A DNA stretch of 64,000 bases from assembly GCA_964016885.1 (NCBI GenBank), contig OZ024748.1, forward strand, positions 3,100,001-3,164,000. The letters run 5' to 3'. Numbering within the stretch: position 1 is the stretch's first letter; each line of letters opens with the position of its first letter. Positions 1 to 11,909 of this stretch are shown piece by piece. The notes under the pieces are model-generated. The model was given only the letters and a program-made list of their open reading frames with translations. It did no database searches and was not told where the DNA came from. The position numbers and the translations under genes were made by a program. This DNA is from Eledone cirrhosa. Taxonomy: Eukaryota.

Positions 1-617
1 GGAACAATGGTCTTATTTACATCTATGTATGTATGTATGTATGTATGTATATATATATATATATATGAGCAAGACATGGTCATCTGACCTCGACTTGCCT
101 CAAATAGGACAACCTGTCTAATCCATGCTAGTGTGGAAAATGGATGATGATATATATATGGACAACATTATACAGGGAATTTCAAAATATATCAACTCCT
201 ATATATGTTTTTTGTGGAAGACCAGCAGTTACCCATGTATGCCTGTCTAATCTCCATGTCACCAATGTTGTCCAAGGGAAAGGCAATGGCTGATACAGCT
301 TGACACTGGTGATATCATAACTCATATACCGTATTTCCTAAAATAAGTCTCAAAAATCTACCATGCGTGCTGGAGGCCAAAGGTTGTTTATTATTTTTTT
401 TTCGGATTTTTTGGTTATCAAAATTAGGGTGTGTCCTCGAGGACAAAGCATCTTCACCACCGGGAAATATGGTAGATACAATGCCACCGATGTTGTCCAA
501 GAGAAAGGCAAAGGCCGATACAGTTTATGGTAACAAAAGAGTTAAAAGACAAGAACAAAGTTTTATTGAAATAATTTGTTTGTTTTCATTGATCTTATGT
601 TGTTTATTTTATTTCAG

Positions 618-728
618 ATATTGTTGTGATGACAGGAGATTTGGTTGATGGATCTGTGCAGAAATTAAAAGATGCAGTGGCACCAATGCAAGACATTGAA
701 ACTGTCCATGGGAAGTTTTTCATAGCAG
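618..728 (+). CDS. TMPPE: TMPPE-like metallophosphoesterase, internal coding exon (upstream exons lie outside the window)
   Basis: tttcag| acceptor and |gtacat donor. Translates (D)IVVMTGDLVDGSVQKLKDAVAPMQDIETVHGKFFIAG, containing the calcineurin-like GDxxD motif. Phase joins the next exon to give GNHE. Confidence 0.9.
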
Positions 729-980
729 GTACATGACTCGCAGTAAGGCTACTTAATATTTTACATAACTAATGAAAACAATGGTAGCTAGTTGACCTGC
801 AGTGGTAAGAGTGTTGGACTAAATGCCACACAGTATTTAGTCTCATCCCTCTACATTCTGAGGTCAAATCCTATCAAAGTTTCTCAACTAGAGACAAGCA
901 TTGGTGATATGTAAAAAGAAGTGGGGAAGTTAGTCTTTCTCAATCAATGGTCCAATGAGACAGATCCTATTGTGGGTTTT

Positions 981-1210
981 AAGTAGCATTAACCAGCTGA
1001 GAGTACAAGACTCTCATTGTGCCTAAAGATGCATTAGGCTATAATTTATCCTGGTTTAAGTAGCATTAACCAGCTAGGAGTACAAGACTCTCTTTGTGCC
1101 TAGAGACCAATCAGGCTATAACTTATCCTGGTGTTATGTGGAATTAACCAACTGTGAGTACAAGACTCTCTTTGTGCCTAGAGACCTATGTGGCTGTAGG
1201 TTATCCTGGT
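981..1210. repeat. ~77-bp tandem repeat, 3 copies
   Basis: Unit aagtagcattaaccagct...gtacaagactctc...tatcctggt recurs three times. Confidence 0.8.
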
Positions 1211-2009
1211 TGGAAGGTTTTTAATATGAATTAAGGTAACATAACTTAAAAGGTTCTTGCATAAAATTATTTTGGACAGTTTTAATTTAAATAGGAACTC
1301 CTTAAAATTTGTGTTTTTTTCTCATTGAGCCAGCCAGAGGTGGTTTTGGGTGGGTTGATATCAAAAGGCTTTAACACATTTTATAAGCTGTAAAGTATTT
1401 AAGATTAATATAAGAAGATTAAAAATGAAATGGAAGAAAAAATCTCTTTGTACAACAAAGAAATGGAAAGAAATTCAAAATATGTTGCTGTGTGATGTAT
1501 CTTTTGAATAGTGAAGTAGTGTGGGAGGTCTTGTCAGTTATGTCTAGGGCACGACAACCTCTCTAGTGTTGAGGACATCATCATAGTTTAATGTCCACAC
1601 CTGGTTGTAGAACCTGAGCTCCCAGTACCCAGGAAGGGCATCCAGCCATAGAAAACCTGCTAAACAAAGAATCAGGAGGATTCTTCTGTTATGTCTAGGG
1701 CACAACAACCTCTCTAGTGTTGGGGACATCATCATCATGATGAGGTGATGAAGAAATGCAATGAGTGGAGAGATACCATGCTGAGAAGGACCCATCCAGT
1801 CCATACAAGCGTGGAAAAACAGATGTCAAAAAAGATGATGATGATGAAAACCTGAGCAGAGGTGATGAGAGTGGATCTCAGAACATAGAACCTCACAAAG
1901 AAGATGACAAGGAAATGCAAATGTGGAGGAAAGTTGTGCTGGGAAAATATTTTTAAAATCCAACCCATGTAAGCAAGGAAAACGGATGTAGATGATAATG
2001 ATGATGAAT

Positions 2010-2340
2010 GTAAAAAGAATGAAGATGATGATGATAACAACGACAATCATGATGATGATTAAGTAATGATGATAATAAAGATGGTTATGGTTTGATGATG
2101 GTGATGATTAAGTAATGATGATAATAAAGATGGTTATGGTTTGATGGTGATGATTAAGTAATGATGATAATAAAGATGGTTATGGTTTGATGGTGATGAT
2201 TAAGTAATGATGATAATAAAGATGGTTATGGTTTGATGATGATGATGAAGGTAAGGGTGATGGTGATGATAATGATAAGGATGATGATGATGGTGATCAT
2301 GATGAAGTAATGATGATGATGATGATGAAGGTAATGACGA
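2010..2340. repeat. (GAT)n-rich microsatellite with a ~46-49-bp tandem unit
   Basis: gatgattaagtaatgatgataataaagatggttatggtttgat repeated 4 times. Confidence 0.85.
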
Positions 2341-2404
2341 TTTTTTAAAACTCAATGTCAATTTTGAAATCTGACCTTTGCCATTTTTCCTTTCCTATTA
2401 CCAG

Positions 2405-2573
2405 GAAACCATGAATATTATACTGGAGATGTCGACAATTGGTACACCCACATGAAAGAACTGGGTTACATTGTATTACATAATACCAACATCAAACTTC
2501 CTCGAACTGGTGTGAAAGCAGCTCAACAGTTTTGTTTGGCTGGAGTGGATGACATCGATGCTGTTCCCTTAGG
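2405..2573 (+). CDS. TMPPE: TMPPE-like metallophosphoesterase, internal coding exon
   Basis: Polypyrimidine tract with ccag| acceptor, |gtaagg donor. GNHEYYTGDVDNWYTHMKELGYIVLHN...FCLAGVDDIDA matches the TMPPE pattern GNHEYY..D...W and CLAGVDD. Confidence 0.92.
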
Positions 2574-2619
2574 GTAAGGTTTTGGTGGTGGTAGTTGTTG
2601 TTGTTGAACCCATACAACC

Positions 2620-2735
2620 CATGACTCATATACTGTTCACTTTCCTGACATTTGTACATAATTCTATGTACTATACATGCACCTTTGATGAGTTGTAGTG
2701 CACCTGAGCTCTGTACACAATAATTTCATTATATT
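2620..2735 (+). mobile_element. 3' tail fragment of the CR1-type LINE family
   Basis: cctgacatttgtac...tgtagtgcacctgagc...aataatttcattat matches the 3' end of the CR1 copy at 29290-29380. Confidence 0.75.
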
Positions 2736-2903
2736 ATATTGGATTTAAGTAGAAAATATTTAAACACAGTTTTGTTAATTCAAATGTTTATAGTGTCTTT
2801 ATTAGTGAACAGATTGTTGTTAAAATCTGCTGTATGAAGTGTATCCTTGAAATGTATTATAAGGAAAAACCACACAGTACAATGATGATATATATTAGTT
2901 TAA

Positions 2904-3124
2904 CCCTTTAGCATTTAAACTGGCTATATCCGGCCAGAATTATCTCACCTCTTTCTGTTCAAACCAGCCATAACTGGCCACTCATATTGATGTTAAGGTA
3001 TTGTTCTCAAAATAAATATCATCAAAATCTCATAACTTTCATATTATATGAGATAATTATGTAAGGTAAAGCCTTTACCGTGAAAATATAATAGTATATA
3101 GAGAGTAATGTAAATGCTAAGGGG
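2904..3124. mobile_element. piggyBac-type MITE with TTAA target duplication
   Basis: TTAA|ccctttagcattta ... taaatgctaagggg|TTAA. Same family as the copies at 19849-20070, 24725-24915 and 25284-25502. Confidence 0.8.
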
Positions 3125-3369
3125 TTAAGTAGAAAATATTTAAACACAATTTTCTTTATTCAAATGTTTATAGTATCTTTACTAGTGGACAGATTGTTGT
3201 TAAAATCTGTAGTATTAACCCTTAACATCCTGTAATAATTTAAACAGAAAATATTTAAACACAGTTTTGTTAATACTTTTAGAGGTAAAATTCTCCAACT
3301 GAATTCCCTTCCTCTCTGTCATGCATCAAATATTTCTGTATATTTACATTGTTGTTGTTGTTGTTGTAG

Positions 3370-3509
3370 TTACCATGGTCATGGTCCTGATGTTGATGCA
3401 GCACTGTCAAGTTGTGATCCTACCCAACCAGTTGTGGTACTTGCACATCAACCCAGGGTAGCCAAAACAATTCTAGATTCTTCTTACAGAGTTGATTTAA
3501 TCTTATCAG
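3370..3509 (+). CDS. TMPPE: TMPPE-like metallophosphoesterase, internal coding exon
   Basis: ttgtag| acceptor and |gtaggt donor. GYHGHGPDVDAALSSCDPTQPVVVLAHQPRVAKTILDSSYRVDLILSG contains the LAHQP motif. Phases are consistent on both sides. Confidence 0.92.
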
Positions 3510-3532
3510 GTAGGTGTAAAAATACTATTATT

Positions 3533-4215
3533 TGGTGGATCGGCAGTATCAGTAGAGGCTCGGACGCCATGCCGTGCAGCAAAGTTACGTCCCTTTACGG
3601 TCTGAGTTCAAATCCTGCCACGGTTAACTTTGCCTTTTATCCTTACGGGGTCGATAAAATAAAGTACCAGTAATGTACTGGGTAATTGCTGGTCTTGTGC
3701 CAAAAGTAGAAACAATTATTCTTCCTATTATTTTTAATGTAGTTGTGGGGTGGTGGATTGGCAGAATCGTTAGAGCGTCAGACACCATGCTTCATAGCAT
3801 AGTTACGGCCCTTTACATTCTGGGTTGAAATCCCACCAAGGGTAGCTTTGCCTTTCATCCTTACAGGATCGATAAAACAAAGTACCAGTAATACACTGGA
3901 ATTGATTTAATCGACTTCCCACCCACCAAAATTACTGGCCTTCTGCCTAAATTAGAAATCATTATTAATGAATTGGCAGTATCGGTAGAGGGTCGGACAT
4001 GCATTCCACCATAGAGTTACGTCCCTTTACAATCTGAGTTCAAATCCCGCCGAAGTTAACTTTGCCTTTCATCCTTACGAGGTCGATAAAATAAAGTACC
4101 AGGAATGCACTGAGTAATTGCTGGCCTTGTGCCAAAAGTATAAACAGTTATTATTGATAAAATAAAGTACCAGTAATGCACTGGGATAATTGCTGGTCTT
4201 ATGCCAAAAATAAAA
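3533..4215 (+). mobile_element. Cluster of three tandem tRNA-derived SINEs
   Basis: Each copy has an A-box-like tggcag(t/a)atcg(g/t)tagag, a B-box-like gagttcaaatcc and the conserved core tttgcctttcatccttac..gtcgataaaataaagtaccagt. Confidence 0.8.
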
Positions 4216-4231
4216 ACATTATTATTATTAT

Positions 4232-6761
4232 TGTAGAAAAGAAAGACTGCTTTAACGAGCAACTTTTACAAACAACCGCAATGACAGAGGACGGAGACAT
4301 TGTTATGCTAGCAGGGGAATTCAATGGTCATGTTGGACAGCTCTACGATGGTTACACTGGAGTACATGGAGGGCACAGTTACGGCTCAAGAAATGAAGGA
4401 GTGAGACTTCTTGAATTCTGTGATGCAAGTACACTGACTAAGCAAGAGATGGAATGAGACATATAGGGAGGTGTGGAGAAGAAAGGTCTGGAAGCTAAAA
4501 GACCTTTCACTAAAATACAAATTTAGGAAAGCCCTTCAAGATGTGTATGACGAAAAAGAAGACGATTTAGAGACGTATGACATAGATAATAACTGGAATT
4601 TCTTACGTGACAACTTACTGCAGGCTACTGATGAAACTTGTGGCTGGAGCAGAGCTCCAACCAGACAAGGAGTGACCTGGTGGTGGAACAGCACAGTAGA
4701 TAAGGCCATTAGAGACAAAAGACTAGCATGGAAGGCTTGGAAAAAGGGTGCGAGTAGAGAAGGATATACAGCTGCTAAGAGAGAAGCTAGACGTCAGGTG
4801 TACTTAGCACGCAGGGAGGCTGAGAGTAGGAGGTTTTCCAATGTTCTGCGACAGGAAGATCAGAGGTGTGCGGTGTTCCACATTGCAAGGCAGTGTGTCA
4901 ATGCAAATCAGGATGTTGTTGGAGATAAATGTGTCCGGAATGATGCCGGTGTACTTGGTGTCACGAATGATCAGAAAAAGGAGGCCTGGAAATGTCATTG
5001 TGAGAGACTGATGAATGTGGAGAACGAATGGGAGAGAGAGAAATTACCACAGTAGATCCGACAGAGGGACCAGCTATTGAGATTGACGAATATAGGGTCC
5101 AAGAGGCGATTAAGGAAATTAAAAATGGTAAGGCTGCTGGACTGTCGGGGATAGATGCTGAAGGCATCAGGGGACGTAGGCACTAAACTGGGTGCACGCA
5201 TCATCAATCAGGCTATATATGGTGGTGTCATACCCAAAGACTGGTGCAGCAGTATTCTCATAAATTGCTACAAGGGTAAAGGGAATGCTCTGGAGAGGAG
5301 CAATTATGGGAGTATAAAACTGATGGATCAGGTTATGAAAGGGGCAGAAAGGATATTAGCACAACTAATTAGAGAAAGGGTCAAACTAGATGAGATGCAG
5401 TTTGGTTTTGTGCCTGGGTAAAGTACAACAGATGCCCTCTTCTTGGTGAGACAATTACAAGAGAGGTTCTTAGAGAAGAATAAGCCACTATACTTAGCCT
5501 TTGTTGACCTAGAGAAGGCCTTTGATAGGGTACTCCGATCTGTCATCTGGTGGTCCCTAAGGAAACTAGGTGTTGAGGAATGGCTCATGAGGACTGCAAA
5601 CTTTGTACAGAGGTGCTGTCAGTAAAGTCAGGGTAGGAATGGAATTTAGTGAGGAATTCCAGATACAAGTAGGAGTAGATCAAGGTTCGGTCCTCAGCTC
5701 GCTCTTGTTCATTATAGTCCTCCAAGCCATAACAGAGGAGTTTAAGACTGGCTGTCCATGGGAACTTCTCTATGCTGACGATCTGGTTCTTATAGCAGAA
5801 TCAGTAGAGGAGCTAAAGAATAAATTCTGGCTATGGAAACAGCAGTTGGAAGCAAGAGGACTGAGAGTGAATCTAGCTAAGACAAAAGTGTTGATGAGTA
5901 GAAAAGAGGACAAAACTCTGATTCCGTCAGGGAAATGGCCATGTTCGATATGCAGAAAAGGAACTGGCATAAATTCTATAAAATGTACACAATGCAGATC
6001 CTGGGAACACAAGAGATATAGTGGGATAGCAGGCAAACTAACAGGTAGGGAGAAATACGTCTGCAGTAGATGTACAGGGAAATTAGACAGAAGTCGCATT
6101 GATAGACACATTTTTCAAATGCGGGTGCTATAGAAGTGGTGGATAGCTTCCGATACATAGGAGATCAGATTAGCATGGGAGGGGGGTGTTCCGAAGCCAT
6201 AGTATCTAGAATAAGGACAGGTTGGAAGAAGTTTAGGGAGCTGCTTCCTCTGCTGACGAAGAAGGGTTTCTCCCTGCATACGAAAGGCTGGTTATATGAT
6301 GCTTGTGTGAAGAGCGTGATGCTGCATGGTAGTGAGACATGGGCAGCAACTGCAGAGGATATGCGACGGCTGGAGAGAAATGAGGCAAGCATGTTCCGTT
6401 GGATGTGCAATGTCAATGTGCGTGAACGACCCAGCATGAATGTGTTGAGAGAGAAACTGTGTCTGAGAGGGATAGAATGTAGTGTGCGAGAGAGGAAACT
6501 GAGGTGGTATGGACATGTGATGCGCATGGAGGATTACCGATGGGTGAAGAAGTGCCAGGAAATGCCAGTTGAAGGAAGACGTGGTAGAGGTAGACCAAGA
6601 AAAACATGGGCCGAGGTGGTGAGAACAGACCTCAGATCGCTGAAGCTCACGGTGGAGATGATGGAGGACCGTGACAAGTGGAGAGATGCTGTGCTGAATA
6701 AGACCCGTCCCACCCTTGCAAGCAGGGAAAAGCAGACGTAAAATGATGATGATGATGATGA
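4232..6761 (+). mobile_element. RTE-clade non-LTR retrotransposon, 5'-truncated and decayed, in a TMPPE intron
   Basis: APE endonuclease remnant (LAGEFNGHVG). RT motifs QFGFVPG, AFVDLEKAFDRV, QGSVLS and LLYADDLVL. C-terminal LRWYGHVMR and GRGRPRKTW. (GAT)n tail at 6743-6761. Several stops and frameshifts. Confidence 0.93.
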
Positions 6762-6998
6762 AAGCAGTTTTGTTTCAGTAGGGTTAAGGGAGGTTTGGGT
6801 ACTCATTTTAGCAGCTGAAACAACCACATAGAAGCTCTTTTGTTGATTCAATACAGTGTATGTTTTCCCAATTGTTGCTGTCCACTGCGGCAGCGTTTAT
6901 TTTATAACTTGAGATTTGTTGTGATAGAATTCTGGTGGTTTTGGAGTGGGTTGGAATCAAAAGGGTTAACCAAGATTTATTTTCTTCTTAATTTCCAG

Positions 6999-7189
6999 GT
7001 CATACTCATGGAGGTCAAATGTTTCCCATGATGATAGGAGCCTACCTTATAAACCCATTCTTTGCTGGATTGTACCATTATCAGGGACGGAGTTATGTCT
7101 ACGTATCTGAGGGTACTGTTTACTGGGGTATACCAATGAGAATTGGTAGTTCCATGGAAATAACAGAAGTTCTGTTGACAAATAGATAA
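6999..7189 (+). CDS. TMPPE: TMPPE-like metallophosphoesterase, last coding exon
   Basis: ttccag| acceptor. [26 protein letters not shown]...[29 protein letters not shown] contains the GHTH metal-binding motif and a TMPPE-like C-terminus. Stop TAA at 7187-7189. Confidence 0.93.
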
Positions 7190-7316
7190 TAAAACATGAA
7201 ACAACAGGTAAGGTTTCTTAACACCTGTAAATATATTTCTTTCATTCAACCTCCACATAGACAGGCATATACATATGTAATTATATATATTATATTATAT
7301 TATTATATATAGATAA

Positions 7317-7393
7317 TTATTTTGTCTGACGAATGAACTGGATGTTCCTTGCAAGAATCATTTAGTTTCTTGAAACCTTAGGTAATGAAATAG
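7317..7393 (+). ncRNA. Type I hammerhead ribozyme motif (Penelope-like remnant)
   Basis: Stem I ttattttgt/atgaaatag (with G-U pairs), CTGACGA 7326-7332, imperfect long stem II, GAAA 7372-7375, stem III ACC-tta-GGT, GUA cleavage triplet ending at 7384. Confidence 0.65.
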
Positions 7394-7516
7394 TTATATT
7401 GTGTTGTTTATTATGTAAATATATATATATATGTAAAAGGTAAACAGAAGTAACACAATCGGTACAGTATATGGAAGGGATATATTAGGTTAATGCTTGA
7501 TATAGCAGGAAGAGGG

Positions 7517-7552
7517 TCTTAACGTTTCGGACGCTAGTCCTTCATCAGAAGA
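7517..7552 (-). ncRNA. Minimal type I hammerhead ribozyme motif
   Basis: Minus strand reads tctt-CTGATGA-a-ggac-tagc-gtcc-GAAAC-GT-T-aaga. Stems I and II are perfect, and stem III is palindromic (AACGTT), as in dimer-acting PLE hammerheads. Confidence 0.75.
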
Positions 7553-8159
7553 AAGAATGAGAAATAAGATAGATTGAGGGGACGGGCGGGTTGGAATTGG
7601 AAAAAATGTCTTTAGATAAAAATAACAGGTCCATTCATGTTGACATCTCTTGCAAATATATATATATATATATACAAGTGAAATTTGTTTGTGTAGAAAC
7701 AAATATAAAACAAGTAAGATTGCAACCAGCACTCGTAGACTGATATTGTATTGAAACATGTGTTAAAGAATGAAGTTTTGATAAAATTCTTCACTTCTTT
7801 TCTATACTTCACGCCTAGTGTTTGTTTTTCCTATACATTTATATATATATATCATCATCATCATCAGCTTCGTTTAACGTCCATTTTCCATGCTAGCATG
7901 GGTATATATATATATATATATATATATAGGTATTAAAGGTGCAAATTAATTGCGTCCGTGTGCCAAATGAACACTCGATTCTCGTGGGGAGCAGACTATC
8001 AATAATATTAATATATAAGGGAACGAAGATTCATTGTTGCATCATATACATATTTAATTAGATATTACATATGTTTCACTGTCAATCAGCTCAAGGAACG
8101 ATCTATTAATGATCGAACCTGACTTTAGAGTCAGAAACGTGTTTAATGCTTTACAGTAT

Positions 8160-8660
8160 TTAGTTATGGTCTTTTACGGTCTGAGTTCAAATCCTGCCAC
8201 GGCTAGTTTTGCCTGTTATCCTTACAAGGTTGATAAAATAAAGTACCAGTCATGCATTGGGGTCAACTCACCCCCCCCCCCTAAAAAATTGTTGGTTTTA
8301 TGCCTAAATCAGAAAGGGCAGTGGAATTGGCAGTATCGGTAGAGGGTCGGACGCCATGCTTTGTAACATAGAGTTACAACCCTTTATGATCTGAGTTCAA
8401 ATCCTGCCGAGCTTAACGTTGCCTTTCATCCTTTCAGGATTGATAAAATAAAGTACCAGTTACACACTGGAGTCGATTTAATCGATATTCCCTTTCCCCA
8501 AAATTGCTGGTCTTATGTCTAAATCAGAAACAATTATTATTACTGGTTAATCTTGCCAAGGTGAACTTTGCCTTTCATCCTTACAGGGTCAATAAAATAA
8601 AGTACCAGTAATGTACTGGGTAATTGCTGGCCTTGTGCCTAAAGTAGAAACAATTATTAT
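8160..8660 (+). mobile_element. Cluster of tRNA-derived SINE copies and fragments
   Basis: Same B-box and gcctttcatcc...gataaaataaagtaccagt core as 3533-4215. Confidence 0.8.
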
Positions 8661-8682
8661 TATTTTTATTTCTATTTTCCAG

Positions 8683-8830
8683 ATATGTACCTTGTGATCT
8701 CAAAGAATATCCTCTAAAAAGCTCTAAGAATTAAATACCGAAAATGTTTTTAAAAAAATACGAATCAAAAATGAATGCAAAAATGAGATTTGTGTTGCAA
8801 TAAAAGAGAAAATAGTATTTCAATGATCTC
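8683..8830 (+). other. Probable non-coding 3'UTR exon of the TMPPE-like gene
   Basis: Strong donor CAG|gtaagg at 7207/7208, 18 nt after the stop. Strong acceptor tttttatttctattttccag| at 8682. AATAAA at 8799-8804. The 3' end is approximate. Confidence 0.5.
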
Positions 8831-8944
8831 TCAGATGTCAGGACTGGAACTGTACCAAGAGAAGCTTCAGATGGTTTTATAAAGAGTCTTTCACAATGAA
8901 CCCACGTGAAAGTCAGGAGTGAGTTAACTGAATAATAATAGTAC

Positions 8945-11740
8945 TCTGTATGTATGTGTGTCCCTGTATGTATATGTGTCTCAGTCCCTGTATGTATATG
9001 TGTCTCAGTCCCTGTATGTGTGTCTCAGTCCCTGTATGTATGTGTGTCTCTCTCAGTCCCTGTATGTATGTGTGTGTCCCTGTATGTATATGTGTCTCAG
9101 TCCCTGTATGTATGTGTGTCTCTCTCAGTCCCTGTATGTATGTCTCTCTCAGTCCCTGTATGTGTGTCTCTCTCAGTCCCTGTATGTATGTGTGTGTCCC
9201 TGTATGTATATGTGTCTCAGTCCCTGTATGTATGTGTGTCTCTCTCAGTCCCTGTATGTATGTGTGTGTCCCTGTATGTATATGTGTCTCAGTCCCTGTA
9301 TGTATGTGTGTCTCTCTCAGTCCCTGTATGTGTGTCTCTCTCAGTCCCTGTATGTATGTGTGTCTCAGTCCCTGTATGTATGTGTGTCTCTCTCAGTCCC
9401 TGTATGTATGTGTGTGTCCCTGTATGTATATGTGTCTCAGTCCCTGTATGTATGTGTGTCTCTCTCAGTCCCTGTATGTATGTGTGTGTCCCTGTATGTA
9501 TATGTGTCTCAGTCCCTGTATGTATGTGTGTCTCTCTCAGTCCCTGTATGTATGTCTCTCTCAGTCCCTGTATGTGTGTCTCTCTCAGTCCCTGTATGTG
9601 TGTCTCTCTCAGTCCCTGTATGTATGTGTGTGTCCCTGTATGTATATGTGTCTCAGTCCCTGTATGTATGTGTGTCTCTCTCAGTCCCTGTATGTATGTC
9701 TCTCTCAGTCCCTGTATGTGTGTCTCTCTCAGTCCCTGTATGTGTGTCTCTCTCAGTCCCTGTATGTATGTGTGTGTCCCTGTATGTATATGTGTCTCAG
9801 TCCCTGTATGTATGTGTGTCTCTCTCAGTCCCTGTATGTATGTCTCTCTCAGTCCCTGTATGTGTGTCTCTCTCAGTCCCTGTATGTATGTGTGTCTCAG
9901 TCCCTGTATGTATGTGTGTCTCTCTCAGTCCCTGTATGTATGTGTGTGTCCCTGTATGTATATGTGTCTCAGTCCCTGTATGTATGTCTCTCTCAGTCCC
10001 TGTATGTGTGTCTCTCTCAGTCCCTGTATGTGTGTCTCTCTCAGTCCCTGTATGTATGTGTGTGTCCCTGTATGTATATGTGTCTCAGTCCCTGTATGTA
10101 TGTGTGTCTCTCTCAGTCCCTGTATGTATGTCTCTCTCAGTCCCTGTATGTGTGTCTCTCTCAGTCCCTGTATGTATGTGTGTCTCAGTCCCTGTATGTA
10201 TGTGTGTCTCTCTCAGTCCCTGTATGTATGTGTGTGTCCCTGTATGTATATGTGTCTCAGTCCCTGTATGTATGTGTGTCTCTCTCAGTCCCTGTATGTA
10301 TGTGTGTGTCCCTGTATGTATATGTGTCTCAGTCCCTGTATGTATGTGTGTCTCTCTCAGTCCCTGTATGTATGTCTCTCTCAGTCCCTGTATGTGTGTC
10401 TCTCTCAGTCCCTGTATGTGTGTCTCTCTCAGTCCCTGTATGTATGTGTGTGTCCCTGTATGTATATGTGTCTCAGTCCCTGTATGTATGTGTGTCTCTC
10501 TCAGTCCCTGTATGTATGTCTCTCTCAGTCCCTGTATGTGTGTCTCTCTCAGTCCCTGTATGTATGTGTGTCTCAGTCCCTGTATGTATGTGTGTCTCTC
10601 TCAGTCCCTGTATGTATGTGTGTGTCCCTGTATGTATATGTGTCTCAGTCCCTGTATGTATGTGTGTCTCTCTCAGTCCCTGTATGTATGTGTGTGTCCC
10701 TGTATGTATATGTGTCTCAGTCCCTGTATGTATGTGTGTCTCTCTCAGTCCCTGTATGTATGTCTCTCTCAGTCCCTGTATGTGTGTCTCTCTCAGTCCC
10801 TGTATGTGTGTCTCTCTCAGTCCCTGTATGTATGTGTGTGTCCCTGTATGTATATGTGTCTCAGTCCCTGTATGTATGTGTGTCTCTCTCAGTCCCTGTA
10901 TGTATGTGTGTGTCCCTGTATGTATATGTGTCTCAGTCCCTGTATGTATGTGTGTCTCTCTCAGTCCCTGTATGTGTGTCTCTCTCAGTCCCTGTATGTA
11001 TGTGTGTCTCAGTCCCTGTATGTATGTGTGTCTCTCTCAGTCCCTGTATGTATGTGTGTGTCCCTGTATGTATATGTGTCTCAGTCCCTGTATGTATGTG
11101 TGTCTCTCTCAGTCCCTGTATGTATGTGTGTCTCAGTCCCTGTATGTATGTGTGTCTCTCTCAGTCCCTGTATGTATATGTGTCTCAGTCCCTGTATGTA
11201 TGTGTGTCTCTCTCAGTCCCTGTATGTGTGTCTCTCTCAGTCCCTGTATGTATGTGTGTCTCTCTCAGTCCCTGTATGTATGTGTGTGTCCCTGTATGTA
11301 TATGTGTCTCAGTCCCTGTATGTATGTGTGTCTCTCTCAGTCCCTGTATGTGTGTCTCTCTCAGTCCCTGTATGTATGTGTGTCTCAGTCCCTGTATGTA
11401 TGTATGTGTGTGTCTCAGTCCATGTATGTATGTGTGTCTCTCTCAGTCCCTGTATGTGTGTCTCTCTCAGTCCCTGTATGTATGTATGTGTGTCTCAGTC
11501 CCTGTATGTATGTGTCTCTGTCCCTGTATGTATGTGTGTCTCTCTCAGTCCCTATATGTATGTGTGTGTCTCAGTCCCTATATGTATGTGTGTGTCTCAG
11601 TCCCTATATGTATGTGTGTGTCTCAGTCCCTGTATGTATATGTGTCTCAGTCCCTATATGTATGTGTGTGTCTCAGTCCCTGTATGTATGTGTGTCTCAG
11701 TCCCTGTATGTATGTGTGTCTCTCTCAGTCCCTGTATGGA
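8945..11740. repeat. Compound minisatellite of ~22-30-bp variant units (ctcagtccctgtatgtatgtgtgtct...)
   Basis: The anchor gtccctgtatg repeats with variable TATG/TG/TC blocks over 2.8 kb. Confidence 0.97.
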
Positions 11741-11909
11741 TGTCTGTGTGTGTGTGTGTCTGGGCACACGTGTATGTGTATGTGTATGCATTCATTCATG
11801 TGTGTGTGTGTGTATACATACTGATGTATGTATGTATGTATGTATGCGTGCGCATGCCGAAAGAAACAGTTCCACCCAGCGATCAAAGAATGAATCTTTT
11901 ACTAACAAT

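Noticed and set aside
3533-4215. tRNA genes (A/B-box-like motifs)
   Set aside because: These are degenerate SINE heads without a full cloverleaf, followed by the SINE core.
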